This document shows, piece by piece, positions 38,428-46,977 of a stretch of DNA of 64,000 nt; positions within the stretch are counted from its first letter, which is position 1, and each line of letters starts with the position of its first letter. A program made the translations under genes and the position numbers. Under the pieces are notes generated by a model, which saw only the letters and a program-made list of their open reading frames with translations, had not been told where the DNA came from and did no database searches. The DNA is from Gemmatimonadota bacterium. Lineage in GTDB: Bacteria > Gemmatimonadota > Gemmatimonadetes > Longimicrobiales > Gaopeijiaceae. The stretch covers positions 40,280-104,279 of the forward strand of contig JAJEBW010000021.1 in the NCBI GenBank assembly GCA_022822325.1. Reading direction: 5' to 3'.

Positions 38428-39086
38428 GCTGTTGCGGCCAGTGCCGGGGGATCGAAGCGGTCTTCGACGATTCGGCTGCCCGCCGCGACCTCCGTCGCTA
38501 CCGGCGCAAGGGGGCGACCGGTTCCACGCGCCAACTGATCGACGCGATTGCGGCCGAGGGGGTGGCCGGGCTGACCTTCCTGGACATTGGCGGCGGAATC
38601 GGCCAGGTGCAGCACGAGCTGATGGCGTGCGGCGCGAGGGGCGGAACCAGTGTGGATGCGTCGCCGGCGTATCTGCAAACGGCCCGGGACGAGGCGGTCC
38701 GGCGGGGCTACGGCGACCGGATGCGCTATCTCGGCGGCGATTTCGTCACCAGGGCAAACGACGTCGAGGCGGCGGAGATCGTCACGCTCGACCGCGTGAT
38801 CTGCTGCTACCCCGACATGCCCGCGCTGCTCGGCGCGGCGGCACCCCTCGCGCGCCGCACCCTGGGGATCGTCTTTCCGCGCAACACCCCCTTCATTCGC
38901 GCCGGCGTGGCGATCGTCAACTTCGTGCAGCGCCTCCGCCGCCACCCCTTCCGCGGCTACATCCACGACCCGGACGAGGTGGAGGCCGTGCTCGCGCGAC
39001 ATGGCCTCCGGCGGCGGTCTCTGCGCGAAGGATTCCTGTGGCGGGTGATGGTGTACGGACGCAACCGGCAATCGCCTGCCGCTTGA
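38424..39086 (+). CDS. Class I SAM-dependent methyltransferase with N-terminal CCGxC motif
   Basis: GTG 38424 overlaps the symporter stop (GTGA). VSCCGQCRGIEAVFD... SAM motif I FLDIGGGIGQV. Confidence 0.7.
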   Translation: MSCCGQCRGIEAVFDDSAARRDLRRYRRKGATGSTRQLIDAIAAEGVAGLTFLDIGGGIGQVQHELMACGARGGTSVDASPAYLQTARDEAVRRGYGDRMRYLGGDFVTRANDVEAAEIVTLDRVICCYPDMPALLGAAAPLARRTLGIVFPRNTPFIRAGVAIVNFVQRLRRHPFRGYIHDPDEVEAVLARHGLRRRSLREGFLWRVMVYGRNRQSPAA

Positions 39087-39132
39087 CCGTCACGCCCGCG
39101 AATGGCGACATTTTGGCATCGCCACCTCCACT

Positions 39133-40314
39133 TTGCAACGCAAAATGAACCTGGTACGTCGATTTTTCGCGATTCCGGAGCAGAGCTTCTTCCTCTTCGG
39201 CCCGCGCGGGACCGGAAAGTCCACCTGGCTCCGGGAGCGGCTTCCCGATGCGCTGGTCGTGGATCTGCTGGAGCCGAGCGTTCACCGCGCGCTGTCGGCA
39301 CGGCCGGAGCGGCTGCGCAACCTCCTGGCGGGCTCGCCGGATGCCCGCACTGTCGTGATCGACGAAGTTCAACGTGTGCCGGAGCTCTTGTCGGTAGTCC
39401 ATTCCATCCTCGAGGAGCCTTCGCCCCCACGCTTTGCGCTGACCGGATCCAGCGCTCGCAAACTGCGCCGGGGAGATGTCAACCTTCTGGGCGGACGCGC
39501 TCTTCATCAGACGCTGCACCCCTTCATGGCGGCGGAGCTCCCGGACTTCGATCTCGAACGGGCGCTTCGGTTCGGTCTTGTCCCCCTGATTCTGGATTCG
39601 GCGGCGCCGGAACGAACGCTCACCGCGTATTCGAGCCTCTATATCGACCAGGAGGTGCAAGCGGAAGGCATGACGCGCGATGTGGGCGCCTTTGCCCGTT
39701 TCCTGGAGGCGATCAGCTTTTCCCACGGCGGTCAGTTGAATCTGGCGTCCGTGGCCAGGGAGTGCGAGGTGTCGCGACGGATGGTTGAGGGGTATGTGGG
39801 CATCCTGGAGGACCTGTTGATGGCCTTTCGGTTGCCGGTCTTCCGCAAGCGCGCCAAACGGGCCACGGTAGCTCGGAACAAGTTCTATCTCTTCGATGCC
39901 GGCGTCTTTCGCTCGTTGCGGCCCACCGGTCCGCTGGACCGGCCAGGCGAAATCGACGGCCAGACGCTGGAGGGGCTGGTGGCTCAACACCTCAGGGCCT
40001 GGGCGGCCTATTCGGTTGGTGACGCGTCCCTGTACTACTGGCGGACGAGATCGGGTGTCGAGGTAGACTTCATCGTGTACGGACAGCACGCTTTCCATGC
40101 GATCGAGGTCAAGAATGCCCGCCGGGTGCACAGCGTCGATCTGCGCGGTTTGCGGAGCTTTCGCAAGGACTATCCGGAAGCGGACTGCGTCATGCTCCAT
40201 CGGGGGCGCGAACGGCTGAAGATCGATGGAATCCGGTGCGTGCCCGTGTCGGAGTTCCTGCCGCGAATGATTCCCGATCGCGGTTTGCTGGATTGGCTGA
40301 CAGTCCGCGGATAA
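39133..40314 (+). CDS. AAA+ ATPase with C-terminal DUF4143 / PD-(D/E)XK-like domain
   Basis: 393 aa. Walker A GPRGTGKST, Walker B VVIDEVQ. C-terminal EVDFIV...AIEVKN nuclease-fold-like motif. Hand-counted rows give 52-58% GC against about 70% in the flanks. Confidence 0.8.
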   Translation: MQRKMNLVRRFFAIPEQSFFLFGPRGTGKSTWLRERLPDALVVDLLEPSVHRALSARPERLRNLLAGSPDARTVVIDEVQRVPELLSVVHSILEEPSPPRFALTGSSARKLRRGDVNLLGGRALHQTLHPFMAAELPDFDLERALRFGLVPLILDSAAPERTLTAYSSLYIDQEVQAEGMTRDVGAFARFLEAISFSHGGQLNLASVARECEVSRRMVEGYVGILEDLLMAFRLPVFRKRAKRATVARNKFYLFDAGVFRSLRPTGPLDRPGEIDGQTLEGLVAQHLRAWAAYSVGDASLYYWRTRSGVEVDFIVYGQHAFHAIEVKNARRVHSVDLRGLRSFRKDYPEADCVMLHRGRERLKIDGIRCVPVSEFLPRMIPDRGLLDWLTVRG

Positions 40315-40334
40315 TTTGGCAGTCTGCGGATAAT
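40301..40334 (+). repeat. Tandem 15-bp duplication (cagtc[c/t]gcggataat x2, 19-bp period) including the ATPase stop codon
   Basis: 40301-40315 and 40320-40334 are 14/15 identical. The first copy carries the TAA stop at 40312-40314. Confidence 0.8.
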
Positions 40335-40391
40335 GCCGGCCGGTGTCTGTTCCACGGCTGCCGGGACCTGTCCCGACGCCGGCGCTCCCCC

Positions 40392-42410
40392 CTACCCCGG
40401 CAACCGCAGCGCCACCAGCCTTCCCGGCCGCCCCACCTGCACCACCACATGCTGCTGCCCTTCGTGGCTGTAGGTCATCATGCCGTACTGGCCCGCGCCG
40501 GGCATCTCGACCGTGCCGACGCGCTCGCCGGTTCGCTTGTCCCATGCATTGAGCACCGGCGGTCCGTTGGCGCCCTCGGTCGTGTAGAGCAGATCGCCCG
40601 CCACCATCTGAATCGAGAGTCCGCCGCCGCCCGCGCGCGATAGATCCACCCCCTGCGCGGCCGGGTGATTGCGGACATTTTCGGCGACTTCGCCGATCGG
40701 GATCCACCAGAGGCGCTCGCCGGTGTTCATGTCGTAGGCCGAGAGACGGTTGTAGGGCGGTTTGGGGATCGGCAATCCCTGCACCCGGGGCAGTCCGCCG
40801 CCCGGGCCCGCGACCCAATCGGCTATTGTGATGCCCGTTGTCGCAGGATCGTCGGGATCGTCGGCGTCGGCACCCGGGCCCACTCGTCCGCCGCTACAGT
40901 TGCGCCGGTGCGAAGCGTAGAGGATCCCGGTCGTGGGGTCCAGGGTGGCCGGATGGGTGATGTTGAGTCCGCCGTAGCAGCGAATGTTCTCGGCGAAGGG
41001 GCCGTCGTAGCCTGTGTGCAGACGGGGAACGAAGGGTCCGCCGACCCGGTAGCGCGCCAAAATTTCCTTCGCCTCGTCGAAGAGCTCCGGCGCAAAGTCG
41101 ATGATCTGGTCGTCGTCAAGCCCCAGCGGCTCCATCGGCTCGGGCCAGGTGGGAACGGGTTGCGTCGCGGCGGTCCAGTTGCCGGGAACCTCGGTCTGCG
41201 CCACCGGCACCTCCTCGATCGGCCAGACGGGATCGCCGGTCTCGCGGTTGAAGGCGAAGATCAGCCCGGTCTTGGTTGTCTGCACCAGCGCGGGCACGGG
41301 CAACCCATCCACGGTCAGGTCCGCCAGAATCGGAACATTGGGAAGGTCGTAGTTCCACTGGTCGTTGTGCACGATCTGGTAGTGCCAGACGCGTTCGCCG
41401 GTCGACGCCCGAAGCGCGATCACACTGGTCGAGAAGAGATTGTGGCCCGGACGGAAGCCGCCGAAATAGTCGATCGTGGGCGGATTGGTGGGAATATAGA
41501 CGATGCCGCGCTCGTAGTCGGCCGACATCGGCGCCCACGACGACACGTCTCCGGTGTACTCCCAGGCGTCGTTCTCCCACGTCTCGTGTCCAACCTCGCC
41601 CGGCCGCGGAATCACGTGAAACTTCCACCGGTGCTCCCCGGTGCGCGCGTCGAATCCCAGAATGTCGCCCGGCACATTCTCGATCCGCGTCTGGTAGTAG
41701 CCCTGCTCGGCGGAGTTGCCCACCACGACGATGCCATCCACCACAATCGGCGGCGACGACGTGGTGATGTAGCCCAGCTCGCGCGGAATCCCGAAGTCGG
41801 GATCGTAGTTCTCTTCGGCGCCCTCCCAGGGTCCCCAGCCGCTCAGAAGGGGCGGCAGCATGTCCACAACGCCCGTTTCCGGGAAGCCGTCGACAGGTAC
41901 GGGCTGGCCGAAGCCCTCAAGGTGGCGCCCGGTCTTCGCGTCGAGCGCGTGCAGGAAGAAGGCGGGCGAGGTGTAGTAGATGACGCCCCGGCCGTCGATC
42001 TCCCCGTAGGCCACGCCCTTCCCGTAGTTCTGTCGCATCGAGCGTTCCCAGCGCGTGGTGTTGGGCTCGCGGTAGCTCCAGAGCGTCTCGCCCGTTGCCG
42101 GATCGATCGCCGCGACGGTGCGCCGCTGCCCCGCCACCGTGTAGAGGATTCCGTCGATGTAGGTGGGGGTCGATTTCATCTGCTGATCGACGTCGGGGCC
42201 GAAGTTGTCGGCGCGCCAGACCCAGGCCACCTCCAGATCGTTGAAGTTCTCCGCGTTGATCTGGTTGACGGGAGAGAAGCGCGTCCCCCAGGCGTCGGCG
42301 CTCTGGTACCGCCACTCGCCATCCGGATTGCGGCGTTCCTGGGCCGGGAGCGAGGCGGCGAAGGCGAAGGCGATCAGCAGGGTGGGAAGAATGATCGGGT
42401 GCGGGCGCAT
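40392..42410 (-). CDS. PQQ-dependent dehydrogenase (soluble periplasmic quinoprotein, 8-bladed propeller)
   Basis: Track ORF 40392..42548, start at ATG 42410 (MRPHPIILPTLLIAFAFAASLPAQ). N-terminal ...GEWRYQSADAWGTRFSPVNQINAENFNDLEVAW... and repeated W-motifs typical of PQQ enzymes. No cytochrome c domain. Confidence 0.85.
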   Translation of the reverse strand: MRPHPIILPTLLIAFAFAASLPAQERRNPDGEWRYQSADAWGTRFSPVNQINAENFNDLEVAWVWRADNFGPDVDQQMKSTPTYIDGILYTVAGQRRTVAAIDPATGETLWSYREPNTTRWERSMRQNYGKGVAYGEIDGRGVIYYTSPAFFLHALDAKTGRHLEGFGQPVPVDGFPETGVVDMLPPLLSGWGPWEGAEENYDPDFGIPRELGYITTSSPPIVVDGIVVVGNSAEQGYYQTRIENVPGDILGFDARTGEHRWKFHVIPRPGEVGHETWENDAWEYTGDVSSWAPMSADYERGIVYIPTNPPTIDYFGGFRPGHNLFSTSVIALRASTGERVWHYQIVHNDQWNYDLPNVPILADLTVDGLPVPALVQTTKTGLIFAFNRETGDPVWPIEEVPVAQTEVPGNWTAATQPVPTWPEPMEPLGLDDDQIIDFAPELFDEAKEILARYRVGGPFVPRLHTGYDGPFAENIRCYGGLNITHPATLDPTTGILYASHRRNCSGGRVGPGADADDPDDPATTGITIADWVAGPGGGLPRVQGLPIPKPPYNRLSAYDMNTGERLWWIPIGEVAENVRNHPAAQGVDLSRAGGGGLSIQMVAGDLLYTTEGANGPPVLNAWDKRTGERVGTVEMPGAGQYGMMTYSHEGQQHVVVQVGRPGRLVALRLPG

Positions 42411-42621
42411 GACAAGACTCCTGATCGTGGAGCGGGCGTGGGACAGGTCGCTGGCGCAGGTTCGTTGGCGCGGGTGAAGACCGTGTCTGCCAAGGTAGGA
42501 TGGCGGGGCCGGTCGCGCCAAGAAAGGTTGCGCGGCCATGGTTGGCATCCTTGGGGATTGCGCGGGCGGGTGGCGCGAGAAGTGGGGGCTCGCAATCTTG
42601 GGCGCTGAATGGTCGCTGTCG

Positions 42622-42671
42622 CATCGACATCTGCCGCGAGGAGGCCGAAACCATGCTTTCCGCCCGCATCC
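42622..42671 (+). repeat. Copy 1 of a 50-bp direct repeat (30-nt perfect core acatctgccgcgaggaggccgaaaccatgc) containing SD GAGGAGG plus ATG
   Basis: Compared by eye with 46928-46977: 45/50 identical, and core 42627-42656 is identical to 46933-46962. The ATG at 42653 starts the small ORF. Confidence 0.9.
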
Positions 42672-42853
42672 GCCATTTCTCGGAAGCCGGCCTGGAATCC
42701 TCGGAGTGCCGGCGGGCGACGGAGCGCCGGGACCGATTCCACCGGAATGAGCGATACGGCCTCCTTGGCCCGGACCGGCGGCTCGCGTCGCGGCAAGTCG
42801 CCGGATCGCCGCAATCCTGCGGCCCCGTTTGGTTGCGCGAGCGGGTGGAGTGA
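42653..42853 (+). CDS. Small basic protein (66 aa) translationally adjacent to the NirB-like gene
   Basis: GAGGAGG lies 7 nt upstream of the ATG. MLSARIRHFSEAGLESSECRRATERRDRFHRNERYGLLGPDRRLASRQVAGSPQSCGPVWLRERVE. High GC3. Stop is 3 nt before the ATG at 42857. No family recognised. Confidence 0.45.
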   Translation: MLSARIRHFSEAGLESSECRRATERRDRFHRNERYGLLGPDRRLASRQVAGSPQSCGPVWLRERVE

Positions 42854-42856
42854 GCG

Positions 42857-44779
42857 ATGGGACGCATCGTCGTCGTCGGCTTCGGGATGGTTGCGCACCG
42901 GTTTGTGGGACGGCTGCGCGCGCTGGGCGGACTGGACCGGCACAGCGTCACCGTAATTGGCGAGGAGCCCTGTCCGGCCTACGACCGCGTCCACCTCACC
43001 GGCTGGCTCGGGCGCCGCGACCGGAAAGGTCTCGAGCTGCCGATCCGCGACTGGAACGAAGACGAGCGGATTCGGGTGATCACCGGCGATGCGGCAACCT
43101 CGATCAAGCGGGCGGAGAGGCGCGTGGAGACGGCGGCCGGGCGGCGGATTCCCTACGACAAGCTGGTGCTCGCGACCGGTTCGACGCCCATCGTGCCCTC
43201 CATCGCGGGTGTGGACCGCGACGGCGTCTTCGTGTATCGCAGCCTGGAGGATCTGCGGCGCATCCGTGCGCGAGCGGTGGGTGCGACGGCGGTGGGTGAA
43301 GGCGCGGCGGTGGTTGTCGGCGGCGGCCTGCTGGGGATCGAGGCGGCGGCCGCGCTCGGGCGGCTGGGGCTCGACGTCGCGATCGTGGAGAGGGGTCCCC
43401 GGCTCATGGCGCGGCAGTTGAACGAAGTGGCGGCGGCGCTGGTGCGGGAGCAGCTCGAGGATCTGGGGATTCGCACCCTCGCGGCCACGGTCGCGCGGCG
43501 CATCGAGGAGCGCGAGGGACGGCTGGCGATCTCGGTCGCGGGCCGCGCGTCTCCCCTGACCGCCGATCTGGTCGTGATCGCGACGGGCATGCGTCCCAGA
43601 GACGAGCTTGCTGTGGCGTGCAGGCTGGCTGTGGGGACGCGCCCCGGGGGAATCATCGTCAACAACGAACTCCGCACCTCGGATTCCTTCATCTACGCGA
43701 TCGGGGAATGCGCCTGGTACCGCGGCTTCGTCCACGGACAGATCGCTCCCGGGTACGAGATGGCCGACACCCTCGCCGAAGTCATGGCGACCGGGCGGGG
43801 ACGGTTCCGGCCGCGGACCACCGCGACCCGTTTGCGGCTTGAGGGCATCGAGGCATGGGCGCTCGGGGATCCCGCGCTGCTGGGCAGGAATGTCGATTTC
43901 CGGGGCGAGGGCGCCTACCGTCGGATCACCCTGCGCGCCGGACAGATTGTTGCGGCCCGTTCGGTGGGCCCATGGGAGGGGATGGGGGTCGTGCAGGACT
44001 TCATCGAGCGCGCCCGTCCGGTGTGGGAGTGGCAGTTGCGGCGCTTTCGGCGCACCGGCGAGCTGTTGGCGGGACCGGGAAATCTGCCCGTGGCCGAGTG
44101 GCCCGCGTCGGCGCCGGTCTGCAACTGCCTGGCGGTCACGCGCGGGTCGTTGACCGCGGCGATCGAGCGGGGGTGCGCAACGGTGGATTGTCTCGTGGCG
44201 GAAACGGGCGCCTCGACGGTGTGCGGCGCCTGCCTGCCCCGTTTGGCGGAGTTGGCGCGCGATCCGGCGGCAACCGTGTTCGACAGGGGGCGCGGTTGGC
44301 TGCTGGGCACGGCCGCGCTTGCCGCCGCCCTTGCACTCGCCTTCGTCGCCGGTTCCCCGCTGCCCCTGGCGACGAGCTTTGCCGACTTCGGCGCGACCGA
44401 TCTCCTTTACCGCAGCGGAGGCTGGCGGTTGGCGACCGGGTTCACCCTGCTCGCGCTGTTGCTGGGGACGACGGCGCTGTCGCTCAGAAAGCGTTGGCCG
44501 CGCTTGCGCTTTGGCGACACCGCCTCCTGGCGAATCGCGCATGGAGCATTGGCCGCGCTCAGCCTGGTCGTGCTGGTTGCGCACACCGGGCTCCGGCCGG
44601 GATCGGGCATCAACCTGGCGCTGACCTGCGCGCTCCTGACCGCGAGCGTTTTGGGGGCGGCGGCGGCATTGGGATTCGCGGGGCGCCGGGCCCGCCTGAC
44701 CTTCTGGCTCCACCTGATGGCGGTCTGGCCGCTGCCGGTCCTCATCGCCTTCCACATCGTCGCGGCCTTCTACTTCTGA
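42857..44779 (+). CDS. NirB-type NAD(P)H/FAD pyridine-nucleotide-disulfide oxidoreductase with BFD-like [2Fe-2S] domain, fused to a C-terminal 5-TM domain bearing two His-x13-His pairs
   Basis: 640 aa. N-terminus MGRIVVVGFGMVAHRF..., second Rossmann fold AAVVVGGGLLGIEAA, and IYAIGECA are collinear with the first roughly 470 aa of nitrite reductase large subunit. Cys422-x-Cys424...Cys456-xx-Cys459. The sulfite/nitrite-reductase haemoprotein domain is absent and replaced (aa about 481-640, nt 44297-44779) by 5 hydrophobic helices. TM3 carries H562/H576 and TM5 carries H619/H633. Confidence 0.85.
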   Translation: MGRIVVVGFGMVAHRFVGRLRALGGLDRHSVTVIGEEPCPAYDRVHLTGWLGRRDRKGLELPIRDWNEDERIRVITGDAATSIKRAERRVETAAGRRIPYDKLVLATGSTPIVPSIAGVDRDGVFVYRSLEDLRRIRARAVGATAVGEGAAVVVGGGLLGIEAAAALGRLGLDVAIVERGPRLMARQLNEVAAALVREQLEDLGIRTLAATVARRIEEREGRLAISVAGRASPLTADLVVIATGMRPRDELAVACRLAVGTRPGGIIVNNELRTSDSFIYAIGECAWYRGFVHGQIAPGYEMADTLAEVMATGRGRFRPRTTATRLRLEGIEAWALGDPALLGRNVDFRGEGAYRRITLRAGQIVAARSVGPWEGMGVVQDFIERARPVWEWQLRRFRRTGELLAGPGNLPVAEWPASAPVCNCLAVTRGSLTAAIERGCATVDCLVAETGASTVCGACLPRLAELARDPAATVFDRGRGWLLGTAALAAALALAFVAGSPLPLATSFADFGATDLLYRSGGWRLATGFTLLALLLGTTALSLRKRWPRLRFGDTASWRIAHGALAALSLVVLVAHTGLRPGSGINLALTCALLTASVLGAAAALGFAGRRARLTFWLHLMAVWPLPVLIAFHIVAAFYF

Positions 44780-44804
44780 TGGGAGCGCTGCTTCCGACGG
44801 GAAT

Positions 44805-46214
44805 GTGACGATTTCGATGAGAACGCGCCTGTTGACCCCGACACCGTCCTCGGCCGCCGGCCGGTATGCGGCTTCCGGCGGGAACCCGGCGATGACGCGC
44901 GGCGGTCGCTTCTCCCGTCTGTGGCTGATCCTCAGCCTCGCGGCCTGCGTCTATCTCGGCGCGCGGATCGGTGGCGATGACAAGACGCTTTTCATTCCCG
45001 GAGCGATGACCGACGGACATCACCAGATCGAGATGGCCTGCGCAAGCTGTCACACCCCCTTTGGGGGCGTTGCCCAGGCGTCCTGCCTGGTCTGCCACGA
45101 AGCGGAGCTGGCCGAGGCACTCGACGCGCACGGCAACCGCAAGTTCCTCAATCCCCGCAACGCGGTGCAGCTCGAACGACTGGATGTGCGCCGGTGCATC
45201 GTCTGCCACACCGAACACCGCCCCGCGATCACCGGTGAGATGGGAGTGACGCTGCCCCTCGATTACTGCTCCGTCTGCCACGAAAACGTCGCTCGCGTCC
45301 GGCCGTCGCACGAAGGCATGTCCTTCGTCAGTTGCGCCTCGGCCGGCTGTCACAACTTTCACGACAACCGGGCGCTCTACGAGGACTTTTTGCTTGCTCA
45401 TGCGCGCGAACCCTCCGGCGATCCGCCGATGCCCGGCGCCGACCCCCACCCTGCCACCTTTCCCGGCCGCTTCCCGCCGCGCCGTACACCGATCGCAGTG
45501 GAACCGGGAGACCGTCGCTCCCTGACCGCCGCCGACGCCGATGCTCCGGCCGCTTCCGCCAGGGGGGAGTTGGTGGAACGATGGGCGGGATCGGCGCATG
45601 CCCGCGCGGGAATCAACTGCGGCGACTGCCATGGGGCACCCTGGACCGACGATCCCCCCGAAGAGCTGTGCGGCACCTGCCATGTGGAGGAACCGCGGGG
45701 ATTTCGCGCGGGCAAGCACGGCATGCGACTGGCGGCCGGCTTCGGTCCGATGACGCCCGCGCTGGCCCGCCTGCCGATGAAGTCTGAGGCGTCGTCGTTC
45801 GCCCTCGGTTGCGGTTCCTGCCACGATGTCCACGATGTGGATCTGCGCCCCGCTGCGGCCGCTGCCTGCCTGAGCTGTCATGCCGACGAACATTCCGAGT
45901 CATATCCCGCTTCTCCCCACGGACGAAGTTGGGAGAGCGAACTGGCCGGCCTGGGCACGCCCGGCAGCGGGGTAAGTTGCGCATCCTGCCACATGCCGCG
46001 GTTGCAGGAAGGGGATGCCATCCTGGTTCAGCACAATCAGAACGCCAACCTTCGTCCCAACGAGAAGATGATCCGCGAGGTCTGTCTGACCTGCCATTCG
46101 CTCGGGCTGACGATCGACGCGCTGGCCGATCCCGAATCGATCCGCCGCAACTTCCCCGGGCCGCCGGCGCTGCATGTGGAGAGTCTGGAGATGGCGCGGG
46201 CGAGAAGGAGATAG
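44805..46214 (+). CDS. Membrane-anchored multihaem cytochrome c (10 CxxCH plus 1 Cx4CH)
   Basis: 469 aa; alternative start ATG 44892. TM anchor RFSRLWLILSLAACVYLGA. Haem motifs CASCH, CLVCH, CIVCH, CSVCH, CASAGCH, CGDCH, CGTCH, CGSCH, CLSCH, CASCH, CLTCH. Confidence 0.9.
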   Translation: MTISMRTRLLTPTPSSAAGRYAASGGNPAMTRGGRFSRLWLILSLAACVYLGARIGGDDKTLFIPGAMTDGHHQIEMACASCHTPFGGVAQASCLVCHEAELAEALDAHGNRKFLNPRNAVQLERLDVRRCIVCHTEHRPAITGEMGVTLPLDYCSVCHENVARVRPSHEGMSFVSCASAGCHNFHDNRALYEDFLLAHAREPSGDPPMPGADPHPATFPGRFPPRRTPIAVEPGDRRSLTAADADAPAASARGELVERWAGSAHARAGINCGDCHGAPWTDDPPEELCGTCHVEEPRGFRAGKHGMRLAAGFGPMTPALARLPMKSEASSFALGCGSCHDVHDVDLRPAAAAACLSCHADEHSESYPASPHGRSWESELAGLGTPGSGVSCASCHMPRLQEGDAILVQHNQNANLRPNEKMIREVCLTCHSLGLTIDALADPESIRRNFPGPPALHVESLEMARARRR

Positions 46215-46216
46215 CG

Positions 46217-46912
46217 ATGACGAAGGATTCCGTCGTGAGAGGTGGGGGAAGTCCGATGAGCGGGATGGGACGCAGGATCGGTTGGATCGCCTCGCGCATG
46301 CGCCGGGCGCGGCGAGGCGTGGGGATTGGTCGCGCCGCTGCCGCCGCCGGCCTGGTGGTCGCGGGCACGGTCGCGCTGGGCACCTGCGGCCCGAGCGCAT
46401 CCGATGGGGACCTGGAGGAAGGCGGAATCTCGCCGCGGGTGATGGCCGACGCGCTCCACACGGTGATCGAGGCCGACCGCACCATCTACGCCCGCCATGT
46501 CGTGAACCGGCTCCAGGATGAGGAGGGCGTCATCGCCGCGAGCGAGCACTGGCTCGACGACAAGGCGCTGCCGCTGCCCGCGCAGGTCTTCCGGATGGGC
46601 GCCGAGCTGGCCGCCGAGAAGAGCGACGACTTCTACTACGCGCTGATCTCCAAATGGCCGATCAACATCCAGAACGAGCCGCGCACCCCGATGGAGGCGG
46701 AGGGACTGGACAGCCTGGCCGCGGACCCGTCGCGCCCCTTCTACGGAAACGAGACGCTCGCCGGCACCACCTATTTCACAGCCGTTTACCCGGATGTGGC
46801 CGTGGCCGAGGCCTGCGTGACCTGCCACAACGCCCACCGCGACAGCCCGCGCGACGACTTTCGCGTAGGCGAGGTGATGGGGGCGGTGGTGGTGCGCATT
46901 CCGCTACGGTAG
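46217..46912 (+). CDS. DUF3365 (Tll0287-like) c-type haem protein
   Basis: Track ORF 45809..46912, start at ATG 46217, 2 nt after the cytochrome stop. TM/signal segment, then ...VFRMGAELAAEK...TYFTAVYPDVAVAEACVTCHNAHRDSPRDDFRVGEVMGAVVVRIPL, typical of DUF3365. Single CVTCH. Confidence 0.8.
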   Translation: MTKDSVVRGGGSPMSGMGRRIGWIASRMRRARRGVGIGRAAAAAGLVVAGTVALGTCGPSASDGDLEEGGISPRVMADALHTVIEADRTIYARHVVNRLQDEEGVIAASEHWLDDKALPLPAQVFRMGAELAAEKSDDFYYALISKWPINIQNEPRTPMEAEGLDSLAADPSRPFYGNETLAGTTYFTAVYPDVAVAEACVTCHNAHRDSPRDDFRVGEVMGAVVVRIPLR

Positions 46913-46927
46913 CAGTCCGACCGCGCC

Positions 46928-46977
46928 CATCAACATCTGCCGCGAGGAGGCCGAAACCATGCGTTCCGTCTGCGTCC
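46928..46977 (+). repeat. Copy 2 of the 50-bp direct repeat, 15 nt after the DUF3365 stop
   Basis: See copy 1. Same SD-ATG (ATG 46959), but the downstream reading frame is antisense to the aminotransferase gene and diverges from copy 1 after about 19 nt. Confidence 0.9.
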
